A DNA stretch of 64,000 nt, taken from assembly GCF_902459465.1 (NCBI RefSeq), contig NC_047071.1, positions 4,464,001-4,528,000 on the forward strand. The letters run 5' to 3'. Both the position numbers and the translations under genes were made by a program. This DNA comes from Asterias rubens (taxonomy: Eukaryota). Positions within the stretch are counted from its first letter, which is position 1. Each line of letters begins with the position of its first letter. The notes below the pieces were generated by a model, which ran no database searches, was not told where the DNA came from, and saw only the letters and a program-made list of their open reading frames with translations. Below, piece by piece: positions 12,978 to 25,590 of the stretch.

Positions 12978-13271
12978 AGGTGACTGCACCACCTCTACAA
13001 GGTGAAAAAAAGAAGTTAGGAACACTTTTCCATTCGTCTTTTACTCTCTTTAAAGTTAAAGAGAACACAAAATAACCAAGAAATGACGAGAATTCCAAAT
13101 TATCAGATTAGTATTCAAAAGCTGACTTGGAGTACATGCTATGACTCCAAGGGGCATGCTTATGAATATTTACCCAAGATTCGTTCTCTGTGCTGCTTCA
13201 ATTTGTAAGTCCTATCCCCTGGTCATGAAATTTCATCAATCTTTCTTAAGGAAGGGTACCCGTTTATACTT

Positions 13272-13390
13272 TTAAAGGGAAGGTACACGTTTGGTAATTG
13301 TCAAAGACCAGTCTTCTCACTTGGTGTAGCCCAACATAAGCATAAATACAAGGCTGTGAAAATTTGAGCTAAGTTGGTCATCAAGTTGCC
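13272..13390. mobile_element. Family A-like MITE left-end fragment; mirror ~40555-40678
   Basis: TTAA-agggaaggtacacgtttggtaattgtcaaagaccagtcttctcacttggtgta...tgtgaaaatttgagct. Confidence 0.75.
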
Positions 13391-13518
13391 TCTTTTATAT
13401 GATAATTGACTGTTCTATTTCATAAACAAACAAAAATCTTTTCCTCCACTACTCCGAAAGGGGGAGAGGACAACAAACAAATAGATAAATCAAATAAAAA
13501 TAAGAAATGAAAGCATAA

Positions 13519-13706
13519 AGCCCAGTTCATACTTCATGCGAACGCGAAGCGAATTTGACGTGAATTTGACGTCACACCCTCCTTTCGCAGCAATTATTCG
13601 CAAGGGAGTAGGAGCAGAGCTGAACTGCTGCGAATTGTTCGTTGCGAATTTGTGACGTCAAGATTCGCTTCGCATTCGCATATCGCAAGAAGTAATGAAC
13701 CGGGCT
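13519..13706. mobile_element. PIF/Harbinger-like MITE with TAA target duplication; mirror ~40240-40425
   Basis: TAA-agcccagttcatacttc ... gaagtaatgaaccgggct-TAA, with internal gcgaa repeats. A 3-bp TWA TSD is the PIF/Harbinger hallmark. Confidence 0.7.
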
Positions 13707-14608
13707 TAAGACAACATGCCTACAGAGAAGTCAAGCAATGACAACTTACATACGAGTCGCGCAATTCAGGAATACTTTTTAAAAACTGTTTATGTCTGTG
13801 TATCAACTTTAACAAAGATAACAAAAAAACTATTGGCTAATTTCAGTTAGTACACTGTACTTTAAATCTCATGAAAATGAGGAACAACACTGATTGGAAT
13901 TTGATAACCAAGTCTCGATAATAAGTCTTGAAAAAAAAAATAACAACATGTCAGTCGGACTAATTTATCAGGATATAGGCTTTCCGATAAAAAGAGTTTT
14001 TATTTTGGGTCCGTTGGTAATGATGGAGATCGGCTCTTAAAGAGAATTGAATTAGGGTGAGTTACTTGTGATAACTCTTTCATCCTCTGACAGTCATCAC
14101 GGATGGTGTCTTGTGCTATCCTGAGTGCAGGGTTTCACATCCCGTAGACTTTAATTACTTAAGTGCTTCATCACTCTCTTAATTTATTTATTTGCGAAGT
14201 GAAAGGAGGAGGATATATGTGATGATTACTGGCTCATCACAAGGAAGCAGAAGAGGAGACAAGAAATCTTCCTCATCATCATTATGAAATTGTTTTTGAA
14301 GTATAACAAAAATACTTAATGCCCTGATGTTTTGACCATAGCAAAGTCTTTCTCCATGGCTAAACAAGAATTCTCTTCTCATTTTGTCTGGATTTGATTG
14401 ATTCAGCGACAAACAAACCAGCTTGGTACAGACAGTCTACAAGAAATGTCCAAAAGTGTTTTGGAGATCAAGTTACGGCAAGGATTTCAACAGGATATGA
14501 CCCAGTTGTTCACAAAGCCAAAATATCGACGTAGTTAGTGGAATAATAGCGACCCTAGTGACATTTACCTGAAGCTGTTTTTAAAATCCCCTATTGAAAC
14601 TCTTTCTC

Positions 14609-15185
14609 ACAATCAAAACAACGACTACAGACTGACAAACATGAAACAAGTTAGCATAGCACTAGCGCACAGCAATAAGAATGCTTTAAAGCAAACCTTT
14701 CTTAGCTTCCACGAAGGACAACAAAACACGTGTGTAAGGGGAAAAGCGAAATCATACATGTAGCCCTGTGCAAAAAGACTAAGAGATGAGAACATTGTGA
14801 CCCCAAAAGACTTTCTGATGTTAACATACAAATAAATGTGCGTCATGTTGAGACTTTTTCGATGACAAGCACAACAAAATAGTAGGACCGGAACGCATTC
14901 AAAATGCAGCTTTAGTAAAATGTTACAGAGATGTTGAGTTTCTCTGAATGCTCACAGTCACAGGAAACTCTCTTGAGTATGAACCCTCCTTTCCTATGCA
15001 ACATCAAAGAATGGAAATGACAATCAAAACAACGACCACAAACGGACAGACATATTAAACAAGTTAGCACAGCAGCACAGCAATAAGAATGCTTTACAGC
15101 AAACCTTGCTTCCTGAAAGGACAACATTGCACACCTTGTGTGAACCCTCCCTTCCTATGCAACATAAAAGAATGGAAATAACAAT
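14609..15185. repeat. Diverged direct repeats, unit ~160 bp; mirror ~38760-39335
   Basis: acaatcaaaacaacgac...cacagcaataagaatgcttta...gcaaacctt at 14609 and 15020. tgaaccctcc(t/c)ttcctatgcaacat...agaatggaaat at 14981 and 15141. Confidence 0.85.
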
Positions 15186-15884
15186 GCTCTTTGACCAGCT
15201 GCTAGATGCATGCATTGTATATGATTACACCACTCAACCAATATACATATCATGTCTGAAACACATGGAACAGAATATCAGTGTATTATCTCAACAAGAA
15301 AAACTAGGACAACTGCAATATATCATCCATGGTGATCAATCTGGGCCCTGAATTATGATAATTTGCAACAAAAATATGAATACATTCAAACCATATCATA
15401 TCTGTATACTCAACGAGTAATAACAAACAGATGGGTGGGGTCAATGGAAGACAAGACCTAGTAAGTTTGAACTCAACCCGAAAGTCAACGCAAATACAAT
15501 ACTGGTGAAGAGAAAGATCAGCAACAAGTAAAATTATTATGCAGTAATTTCTTCACTTCCATAAACTTCCTATGATCAAGTATTCACCAGCGTCCCAATT
15601 CATAAAGTTATTAAAGCATTATTTTTCTGTGCTTAGCAGTAATGCTTACAGGTTTTATGAAATAAGACCCATGCCTTCCTTCCTTCCTGAAAGTTTGGAT
15701 TCAACAAAAGAGAAAAGAACTCAAAACCAACCTTCTTATAATCAAAGTTACAATTGACCTTCCATAACCACCAGGAGTCTGGATTATCTCATGTCTCTTC
15801 CAGCCACCCCCCCCCTAACACGTCAGTGAGAATAACTAGTAAGGTTGGCTGGCAATAAGTATTCTAAATATTTAATCATGGTCA

Positions 15885-16479
15885 CCCAGGTCGAAATTCC
15901 AGTTGAACCTAGTTAAACTGGGTTTAACTGGATTTAGTTGAAACCAGTTCACAGATTTACAAATAACTTACAGAAGGTTTACAGAAGGTTTACAGAAGGT
16001 AGTGGTGAAAGACTTCTCTTGAAATATTATTCCATGAAATGCTTCACTTTTTGAGAAAACAGTAAAACAATATAAATTCTCGATAGCGAGAATTACGGAT
16101 TTATTTTAAACACATTTCATGACACGGCCAAAGGCGCGAATACAAGGGTGGATTTTCCCGTTATTTTCTCCCGACTCCAATGACCGATTGAGCTTAAATT
16201 TTCACAGGTTTGTTATTTGATATAGAAGTTGTGATACACGAAGTGTGGACCTTGGACAATACTATTTACCGAAAGGGTCCAATGGCTTTAAACACAGTTA
16301 AAACCAGTTGGTTTAATATGGAAAATGGACAGAGACCAACTGGTTTATAATTTCAACCTAGTTGAACACAGTTAAACTTAGTCCAAACCAGTTGGTTAAT
16401 ATGGAAAATGGACGAGTTTGATCACTATCCAGTTGAACCAGTTGACCCCAGTTAACTAGGTTCAACTGGAATTTTGACC
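15885..16479. mobile_element. Family E MITE (aactgg/ccagtt-rich) carrying a nested, truncated family B MITE (15951-16291); mirror ~37475-38056
   Basis: TIR cccaggtcgaaattccagttgaacctag ... ctaggttcaactggaattttgacc. An uninterrupted paralog lies at 53835-54105. Confidence 0.85.
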
Positions 16480-16599
16480 ATATGCATATGGTTTGATAGA
16501 CATGGCACTTATACTCTTGTCATATTCTTGCATACTGCACATAGCATTCAAGTGGCAAACTCAGGCTGCACTTGAACCGCCCCATAGTCAGGGTTGAGC

Positions 16600-16878
16600 T
16601 AGTCTTGGTACAAGACGCTCAATGCTGAGTTGGTTAACAACCTCTATGGTAATATCGTATAGGCCCCATACACTCAACGCTACACACAGCTTGACTATTC
16701 CACCGATAGAGGGCGATTCTGTAAGCCGCACTCGCGCCAGTTGAGTGTTGTGTGATGATCTAGAAGTTTTCCAACAGCGTCCGCTGACATTCAATAGTAA
16801 TGTGCATGGCGAGGAGAAAGGGAACATTTATCGCGATAGATGACTGATAGTGAATAACAACATCTTGCACAAAGACTA
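16600..16878. mobile_element. Non-autonomous element with a 9-bp TSD (Mutator/MULE-like); mirror ~37074-37350
   Basis: gggttgagc|tagtcttggtaca ... tgcacaaagacta|gggttgagc (TSD at 16591-16599 and 16879-16887, imperfect 13-bp TIR). Confidence 0.65.
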
Positions 16879-18555
16879 GGGTTGAGCTAGATCCAGCACT
16901 ATGGTTCTAGTCCGCGAGGAAGAAACAAAGTATTTTTCTTTAAATTATGATTTAGCCTTGAGAAAGATTCTGCTAGGTAAAAAAAAAAAATTTTGTTTGC
17001 ATTTATACCATAGGTCCTTTTTGACAGCAAGCAGTTTGCAACAGCTAATACTTTTTTCAAATGATAAAACAGGTAGAGTCTTAAATCACTGATTCTGCCT
17101 ATAGTAGCTTGTGCTGCAGCCAATAACTAGAGGGAACACAAGCTCAATTTAAATAGAGTACAACGAGGATGTCAAAGTTTCCTGAGCTTGATGTTTTACA
17201 AACGCTCAAAAACAAATCACACAGCAGTTCAAAGCTGTCTGTAGATTATGAGAAAAACATGTGACATTCTGGTGATTTTGCACAGTATCAAAACGATCAT
17301 TACTAAAGCTGCAGTTCTCCATCTAAGAAATGATACTTCATAAAATTGCATTAGTAGAGGGCATATTGATTTCATGAAAAAAATATTTCAGACTTCATTG
17401 AAATAAAATGAACAATCCATACGGGAAAATTCTATAAAGGAGACCAGTGACCCCTAAACTGTTAAATAGATAATATTTATTTTAAGAACATTTTTGGCAA
17501 TCCAAGCAAGGCACCGTGAAACCGCAGTTCGGCTTTAATTGGATGTTGGCTTTAAATTGTCCAGCACCTGGAATTGAAACTAACGCCCTGAAAGAAAAGA
17601 ACCATGTAGCTGTCAAGCAAGGGGATAAGTTTCCAGTGTGAGTTTCAGAACTTATGCTCCACAGGGAAAGGCAGGTTCGCCTGAAATTATTCCACTAATT
17701 TGGTTGCCATGGCATTGCCTACATGGAATTGAATATGTTTTGTGGATAGTAACTGTCTAAATAAAAAACTTTTGTGCAAGGTTCAAGTGAAGAATAACAA
17801 CTTTTTTTTGAAATGTTAGTTTGGTTTTGAAAGAAATGTGTAGAAATTTCCGCTTCTTTTAAAGGAAATAATTATCATGAACTTTCCCATATTATCAAAA
17901 CAAGTGATTGATGACTGATGTACCTTTTTGTTTTGTGTTTATATAACTGTACATTATGTTTTCTCAAAATACTACAAACTAAAAAGCGAAACCTACCACT
18001 GGTTTTGCTTCTATCCAAAGTGAACTTGATTTCTTTAATAAGACTGAATCATTGGAACTACATTTTCATCTGTGACTTCTGTTTTATATGACTGTTCCCA
18101 TTCCCGTAACCTTAATCCCCAACCCCTTGATCCCCACCAGTCCTAAACTGGGCTGCAAGTAATTGCCTTCTTACACTTGTTTGTATATTTATAGCTGTTA
18201 GTAATTGCCCTAGCTCTTTAACCTAGCTTTCTATGGGCTCTAAGCATTGGAGAGTGCAAGTCCCCTTTCCTTCTGATTAAGGCACACTCCCTTACCAAAC
18301 CAACCCCCGGGGATGTACCCCTTGGGTCTCAGGTAGTTGCCCTTTTAGTGTAACTCTTGTTTCCTTGTTTAGACTTTAGATTCTTTGGCTCCACACATAA
18401 GAAGTGCTGGATTAGCGGCCATTAGTCAGCCCTATCACCTGTGGGGCGGAGACACGGAACCTGACATCACTCCAACCTAAAGGTTAAGGTCACAGTGAGA
18501 AAAACAAACAGGGGGGCAACCTACTCAGTTTCTTTATGACGTCAGTAGTCATACT

Positions 18556-18929
18556 TTAAAGGCAGTGGACACTATTGGTAATTACTCAAAATAATTATTG
18601 GCATAAAACCTTTCTTCGTGACGAGTAATGGGGAGAGGTAGATGGTATAAAACTTTGTGGGAAACAGCTCCCTCTGAAGTGACGTAGTTTTCGAGAAAGA
18701 AGTAATTTTCCACAAATTTGATTTCGAGACCTCAGGTTTAGAACTTGAGGTCTCGAAATCAACCATCTAAACGCACACAACTTCGTGTGACAATGGTTAT
18801 TTTTCTTTTATTATTATCTCGCAACTTCGATGACCGATTGAGCTCAAATTTTCGTAGGTTTGTTATTTTATGCATATGATCAGAAAATAACAGTCTTTGA
18901 CAATTACCAATAGTGTCCACTGTCTTTAA
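18556..18929. mobile_element. Family A MITE, full length; mirror 35025-35398
   Basis: TTAA-aggcagtggacactattggtaatt ... aattaccaatagtgtccactgtct-TTAA. Confidence 0.92.
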
Positions 18930-20171
18930 AACATGGGTGAAAAGAAGACAGATGTCCCTACGTGTAGGTTTGGGCCTCTTCACAGAAGAAGCAGCAGTTC
19001 ATCACATAACAAGGGCTGGAAAATCACGAAGGTCATGGCCTCTGATGCCCTGGTCTTGGCCTTTGTGCCCCTTCAAAAGTTTCCCATAGACTTAAAGATT
19101 TTCCAATGGAACTGCCAATGCAAAATGATGAAATTCCAGGCCTGCATGACTTATAACTGTTTTTCTAAACTGAATATACAAAGCTTTCTTGACAGTAGAC
19201 TGGTGAACAAGTCATTAAATGTTTGTCGATGATATAGCGTTCCGACTCTGCGAGACTGCTAGCCCCTGCGAGACATCGGTTTTATATAATTAAGAGTAAC
19301 AGTCGTGACTCGGGAGCTCGTTGCCTCGCGCAGAGCAGCAATGATCTCGCACGAGCATTCTTTAAATCCAGAGAGCTACTTAGTGTATTACACTTTCCCG
19401 ATATTAACGACTTTTCCAAAGGTCTATCTTGGTAGCAGAGTCACCAAAAACAAAACATTAACAATTATTTTCCGTACATGCTTTCAAACAAAGATATGGA
19501 CCAGGAATGTAAGAGCCCATTTCATAAATGCTTGCATTTCCCATCAGATTGTCAGAGATGCCTGTAAGATGTTACAAGATTTCACACATTGCTTGTAAAG
19601 CTACTCCTCCTATATCAAGAACCTCCTCAAATATTCCAATCTAATTTGTCACTTTTGCTAGGGGAGGCTACAGATCTAAATGTGTTTGAGTGACGAGTTT
19701 TTGTTTTGATAACTTAACTTCTTATTTTTAGCGTCTAGATTACTGCAGGGGTTGACTGTGACTCACGTCATGGCCACCCTATCATCTTTAGACTGGTCAG
19801 TTTTGTGTTTGTAGGCGGGAGTAAATGGTTGAAGCACTTAATAACTCATCAATCAATGGGTGGATCTACCTCGGGGTACCTTAGGGAAATGGCAAAACCA
19901 TTTAGTCTAATTTTAAGTCATAAACCACAAGGGTCTAAATTTAATAACATGTACAGAGATGAAAAAACAGGCCTAGGTACTTTGCTTTTTAGTCAAAGTG
20001 AAGTTGTGATGTTAAATTCAATAATAAATGAGCAATTTAAAAATGGCTGCTATTTACTGAAGAAATTTTAATTGCTTGGAGCAAAGAGCGTTTAGTGCTA
20101 ACCAGGAAACAAGTAGAGCATAACCCGTTTACAAACAGCGCACAACCTGAACACACAAGTTATTGTAACAC

Positions 20172-20468
20172 CATAGAGTTATATATAAGAATTAGAGGGC
20201 GCACTGGTGATGCTTCTTGCACAAACGCAACGGGACCGCAAGGAGACACGCGCGCTCCATTCTGTCTGCGCGTTGAATATGAATTACACGTTGGAGTTTG
20301 TGTTTATTGACCGCTACGCGACGCTGTTTTTTTTTTCAACTTACAAAATGGCCGCACAAACACCACTAAGCAATGCCTGTTTTGTCAACTTAGAAAATGG
20401 CCGCCTACGCGCATGCCGGGTCGCGTATATAGGCCAGTGCGCCCTCTAGTTCTTATATATAACTCTAT
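20172..20468. mobile_element. MITE with 35-bp TIRs (catagag termini); mirror ~33486-33782
   Basis: atagagttatatataagaattagagggcgcactgg matches the reverse complement of 20434-20468 at 34/35 positions. Possible 4-bp TSD acac. Confidence 0.85.
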
Positions 20469-22543
20469 ACACTCTAAGTATTATAGCTTTGTGCTTTTCA
20501 TTAAATTTAAGTAATGTTTGCCTTACAAACATGATATTGTTAATACTATTTTCTTATTATTCTGGTGCAAACTATTCTAGCAGCGAACACTTTGCTTGAG
20601 TTTTATCATCCATCTTAGAGAACAAGTAGCTTCATTTTCCTTGAGTTTTTGTTCTTTGTATTGTTGTTATTATTATTTACTCATATTGAGCTGTTTTGTC
20701 CAATAAAATATGAAGAAGAAAAATACTGCCTAAAGCCACCCTTGTGCAAACAAGACATCACTCTCATGACAAACCAGAGTTTTTTCATTTTACAATGCAC
20801 ATGGCTAAAGTGAGTAAGCATCGATTCCATGCCTCTACCCACTCGTTATCCAAAACCTCAATTTATTATATCGGTAAATACACACGCAGAAAACCATCCA
20901 ACATTAGTTTACAAAATCTACCCCAGATAATAACCACACATGCATATGATATGCGCATTTATTTAAGGTAGCTGATGTTCCATACATGCTCGCACTCTCT
21001 GCGCCGACAAGCAGCCACACTCGTCCATGATTATCCCGCGCTGCAGATGTCAATATGCTAACATTCAAAATTGGACAGGCCGCGGCAATGTCTATGTATA
21101 TGCATATATTTTAGGCTTCTACACACGGGTAGTGTGTAGCATGGCATAAGTGACAATCAATAATAATTGACTGGGTAACTCACTCATGCAGAGACACAGA
21201 ATAGAGGGAAACGAGATCGGGCGGGAGGGACAGAGATAGCGGGGGAGAGGGGAGAGTGTGTCGACGAGGTGGGGGGGGGGTACAAACAAGACAAGACAGA
21301 GGGAGAGAGAAAAGGGGAAAAAGGTAGCCTGGCTTGCTTGGAATCACTCGCTAGGGGTTAATGCAAACATCGTCGGCGGTAATACCGATTGTTGACGACC
21401 CTCCAAATAGACAATTTATTTTCATTTTGGGATTTCACTGCAGTGAGTGTAAAGTGCACTCTCTCAATTATATTGTATGCCTTTTTCCAGGGGAAGTAAA
21501 TTTAATTAATATACACGTTGACATTTATGTATGTTGTTACGGAAAGTGCTGAGAAATGTGTGTGCATTATTCACACCTTGAGTGAAGATAGTTCGTACAT
21601 AATGTTTGCAAAGATTCCAGTTAAGGGTTCTTGTGCATTGACAGATTTTGCTTCGATTGTTTGTGTCGAATTCATGAGCAGTGGCGTTGCTAAGTAAATT
21701 AGTAGAAACCCATTTTAGGAAAAACAAAGAGAAGCTCTGAGGCACAAAGTTACAAGAGAAAAAAAAAACAAAAAAAAACTCCCCGTCATTAATCCAGATA
21801 ATTTATAGCCCTGAAAAGTGTAGTGTGAATGCTCCATCATTATCCTTGTATCATGTGTTTCTCATTCTAAACTGAACAAACATCATAACTTGAAGAAATT
21901 AGCTAATCAAAATTGTCCACATGGAAGCAGTTAATCATATTTACCTGTAAGGTGAAGAGTTTCCATACACTATAATTTACTCTTTTAAAAAAAAAAGAAA
22001 TCTTCACATTAACTCACCGCTCCTAAATCATGTAACTATTAGCAAATAACAGACATTACCTCCCCAAACAAAGTGTCAATTAATGATTACAAGCCAGCCC
22101 TTTCCTGTCAGGAAACAACAGTGTCATAAAATGCATCATTCCTGCGAGAATTCAGTGTCTGCTTTGTAACAAAGTTAAGAGAGAGATTAGGGAGTAAAGA
22201 TCCTGACAGGAGAAACCCAACTTTCCCCATCAGTGAATGTATAGATGCTTCATCATATCCTGTTATTTCACTGTGCACAAGGGGATCAATAGGCAGCTGT
22301 GAATTAAAGGTCAGTTGCAGCTGGGCGTAAACTGGGTTAATGCTGGGTAAACTGTAAGGTAACTGTTGGGTGGAGATTGGGTGATCATGGGTACCGGTAT
22401 GTCATACCCAGATAGCACAAAGATTGATGTACAGTAGAGGAAGGTTGGGAATTATAAAAAGTAGACAAACATAAGGGAATATTCATTACAATTTGAGAAA
22501 AGAAAACAATTAGGTGCATTTTTGAAAATTATCGCATATACAG

Positions 22544-22695
22544 GATGCGTTCGTTTAGCTTCCCTGGGTCGACCCCGGTGTGTGGTTGTTTTTTTTTTTC
22601 CCAGGATGAACGTGGGCCATATCTGCACACGTTCGTCCTGGAAAAAGAAAACGCCACACACCGAGGTCGTCCCGGGGAAGCTAAACGAACGCACC
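22544..22695. mobile_element. Fold-back MITE (~150 bp, almost entirely self-complementary); mirror ~31267-31422
   Basis: tgcgttcgtttagcttccc...ccggtgtgtgg pairs with ccacacaccg...gggaagctaaacgaacgca. Inner arms ccaggatgaacgtg / cacgttcgtcctgg. Confidence 0.85.
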
Positions 22696-23394
22696 CACTG
22701 GTAAAGGAGGGCAAAAGTGGGAATAGGCAGCCAAATACTTGGTACAAACTCTTGGTACAACTAGGGTAAATTAGTGTACTCATAGGTGAATATATCGCAC
22801 AAGTTAATAACAGCAATGAACCCTTCAAAGTAAAAGCATATTTAATTTAAAATTTATCCTCCGGACTGTACCCTTAAAGCATAGGTTTTAAAGAAGATTT
22901 GTTGTCCGTATTCTGTCTATCTAGTTTTGTCTTGGTAATAATCAAAGAATAAAGCATCTGTTGCAAGAAATGGGCCTTTATTTGGCCAACAATGGGATTT
23001 GTAAACAAGCTAGTTAACATTGATTGATCAATTGGGTGATAAATATCAAAGCTGTGTAATTCAAGTTATGTAAAATACAGAATGAGCGATTAACACTCAC
23101 AGGGGAATAAACCTGACAAACTAAATATCCCCTAAAACAACTTTCATGTTGACCCTCAGCTGGCCATAAAACAAGGTTGCATCAATCACTGCCAACTTGG
23201 TCTTCATTAACGAAACAAAAACTCCACATGAAAAAACAAACTTAAGAAAGTGAAAACAACACCAACTTCATCCCAAAAAGATGTTAGACGCTGAAACAGT
23301 CAGTAATTATCTACAAGTTTTGTTGTTTTGACACGACTGTCAGTAAAGTCCTTATGGTACATGTTGTTTGTCTTGTTTGTCCAACAACACACCT

Positions 23395-23597
23395 TTAAAG
23401 GGAAACACGTCACAAAAAAATATTTTAGCATGTAAAACGTATTTTTGTGATGCACTCATTTCTCAACAACTACAGCACCTCAGCAAGTAATATTTTCAGG
23501 GAAGCTTTCTACTATCATTATCTTCAAACTGTGTACGTTTAATGTAAATCTGTGGACATTGTGTTTTGTGTCCTACAAAAGTACCCAGACCCTTTAA
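23395..23597. mobile_element. Family C MITE, deleted derivative, TTAA-flanked; mirror ~30374-30573
   Basis: actacagcacctcagca(a/c)gtaatattttcagggaagctttctactatcattatcttcaaactgtg is shared with 45667-45730. It ends gtacccagaccct-TTAA. Confidence 0.8.
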
Positions 23598-24084
23598 GCA
23601 TCGCTATGAAATTGGGCCCTGCAACGGGTAGGAGCTGTTTAAATGTCAAGGAGGGACATACAAACTCAAGAAGCAGTTATTCTATTGATCTCTCTGGTGG
23701 ATGCAAACCACCGTCTGCAAGAAACACGGCCCGTCGTCCGCTGCCGTCCCAGCTATAAAGAAATGACACAAGAGCCTAAAGCCGTTACCTTACCGATGTA
23801 CTGGACTTCCATACGTAATGAAATGATACCTCTCAATGCAATTTGAAGCCCACACTCAAATTGGATGTTAAGAAATAGCTGTTGGAAAATTTCCTTTTTC
23901 GAAGATCTTTTGAAAGTAGGATGAAATTGTGACTCTATGGATCTAATGTAAGATCTGAGAGCTATGAAAACAACTTCAAATGTTCTGAGAAGACACTGCC
24001 TCATAAAAGACCTTTACATATTTCTCGCTAATAAACATCTCACTGATCACTGTGACTTTTGTATCTTTTTCATTTTGTTCCATT

Positions 24085-24750
24085 ATTTTTTAAAGGGAAG
24101 GTTACCACAAAAAAGGCTAAAAGCCACTTTTGGGATAAGGGGATATAAGAAGAACACATTCAAGATGAACAAAACTCAGGGGAGCTGAAGGTAGGAACTG
24201 ATACTCCTCTTAAAACAGTCTAGATTGTAGGATGAAGGGAAACATGCACCGGGCAAGGAGTTCCGAAGAGAGAAACTCAGGAGAGTTGAAGGCAGGAACT
24301 GATATTCCTCTTAAAACAGTTCAGATTTTAGGTAGGAGGGAAACATGCACCAGGCAAGGAGTTCCAAAGAGATGCAGTTGTGTTAAAGCTGTTGGAATGG
24401 CTCTTTGGTCATCATCTCAGAAACATGATGAGTGTATGGGTGAGAAAAAGCAGGAAAAAAAGACTGGTTTCACGTTCCAACATCCTAATAGGAGGAATCA
24501 GGTTCATACACTTGAGGCACATTACCACGAACACGTCTGTAGAAAAAGACAGAGGCTGGCTACAGACCTATACGATGGGAAAGAGGTTGTAGCGTATATC
24601 CCAACCCTTTCACCAACAAGATTAACAAAACGCTTCTGCACTCTATCTAATAAAGATAAATGACAGGCTGAGACCCAAATGTGACAACAGTACTCCATTA
24701 GGGGATATGCAGTTGTCTTTATACAGGTGAATCTATACACCAAGATCATT
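24085..24750 (-). mobile_element. 5'-truncated CR1/L2-type LINE (RT-downstream C-terminal region and 3' end); mirror ~29220-29885 on +
   Basis: Translation PLMEYCCHIW..LSLLDRVQKRFVNLVGE..SVASLCLF..LWNSLPGACFP..YNLDCFKR, the LYK/EY..W/QKR/LWNSLP motif series of CR1/L2/Jockey-group ORF2 C-termini. Frameshifted. Confidence 0.85.
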
Positions 24751-25211
24751 TTAATCAATGCATAATAATAAAAACAGGAAACCTACAAAGATAATGTTTT
24801 CATTTCCGATGTCGTGCCGTGTTTCTCTCTGCGCCTTTTTTTTATTGGATGTCTCCATAGATTGCATTATCGAGTTTTCAATCAACTTCATTATTTATTT
24901 AGGTTAATATTGATCTTGGAATTATTTGAGGCGGGGGAAAAACACACAGTGAAGGACAATGACAAAGCAATTTATAATGCAAGAATAAACAAGCACTAAG
25001 CCGAGCTGAACAGTGTGATCCTAGACAGCTGAATACAAATGTGACAATGACATGAAATAAACAAAATGTATTTACAAAGAAAATGGCGGGTAATAGCCTG
25101 TAATGGAAATGCTGGGGAAGTTACTGGACTGTCTGTATTGTTTACTCTCTTTGAATCAAGATAAGGTACAACATCAATAATATTAAGTACAATAAAGTCT
25201 GATCATCTTTT

Positions 25212-25245
25212 CCTGGAGACGGTCAGAGCATACTGATTGAAATAA
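25212..25245 (+). repeat. Second, more decayed copy of the hammerhead-like repeat; mirror ~28722-28752
   Basis: cctggagacggtcagagcatactgattgaaat versus cctgaagacgatcagagcatactgattgaaac at 10294. Confidence 0.6.
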
Positions 25246-25286
25246 TGATTGTCAATAACTGGTTGGTTTAGAACCACCACAACCCA

Positions 25287-25590
25287 TTAAAGGCAGTGGA
25301 CACTATTGGTAACTGTCAACTGCCTTCACAGTTGGTGTATCTCAACATATGCATAAATAACAAACCTGTGGAAATTTGAGCTCAATCGGTCATCAAAGTT
25401 GCGAGATACAATGAAAGAAGAAAACACCCTTGTCACACGAAGTTGTGTGCGTTTAGATGGTTGATTTTGAGACCTCAAGTTCTAAATCTGAGGTCTCAAA
25501 TACAAATTTGTGGAAAAATTACTTCTTTCTCAAAAACTATGGCACTTCAGAGCGAGCCGTTTCTCACAATGTTTTATACCATCAACCTCT
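25287..25590. mobile_element. Family A MITE, right end missing; mirror ~28372-28678
   Basis: TTAA-aggcagtggacactattggtaa ... stops at catcaacctct. Confidence 0.9.

Noticed and set aside
18572-18780. Recurrent MVDFETSSS.../MCAFRWLISRPQ... ORFs (also at 8323, 10431, 26153, 44929, 46167, 51268 and others)
   Set aside because: These are chance frames inside the family A MITE with no transposase motifs. Their recurrence reflects repeat copies, not a gene family.
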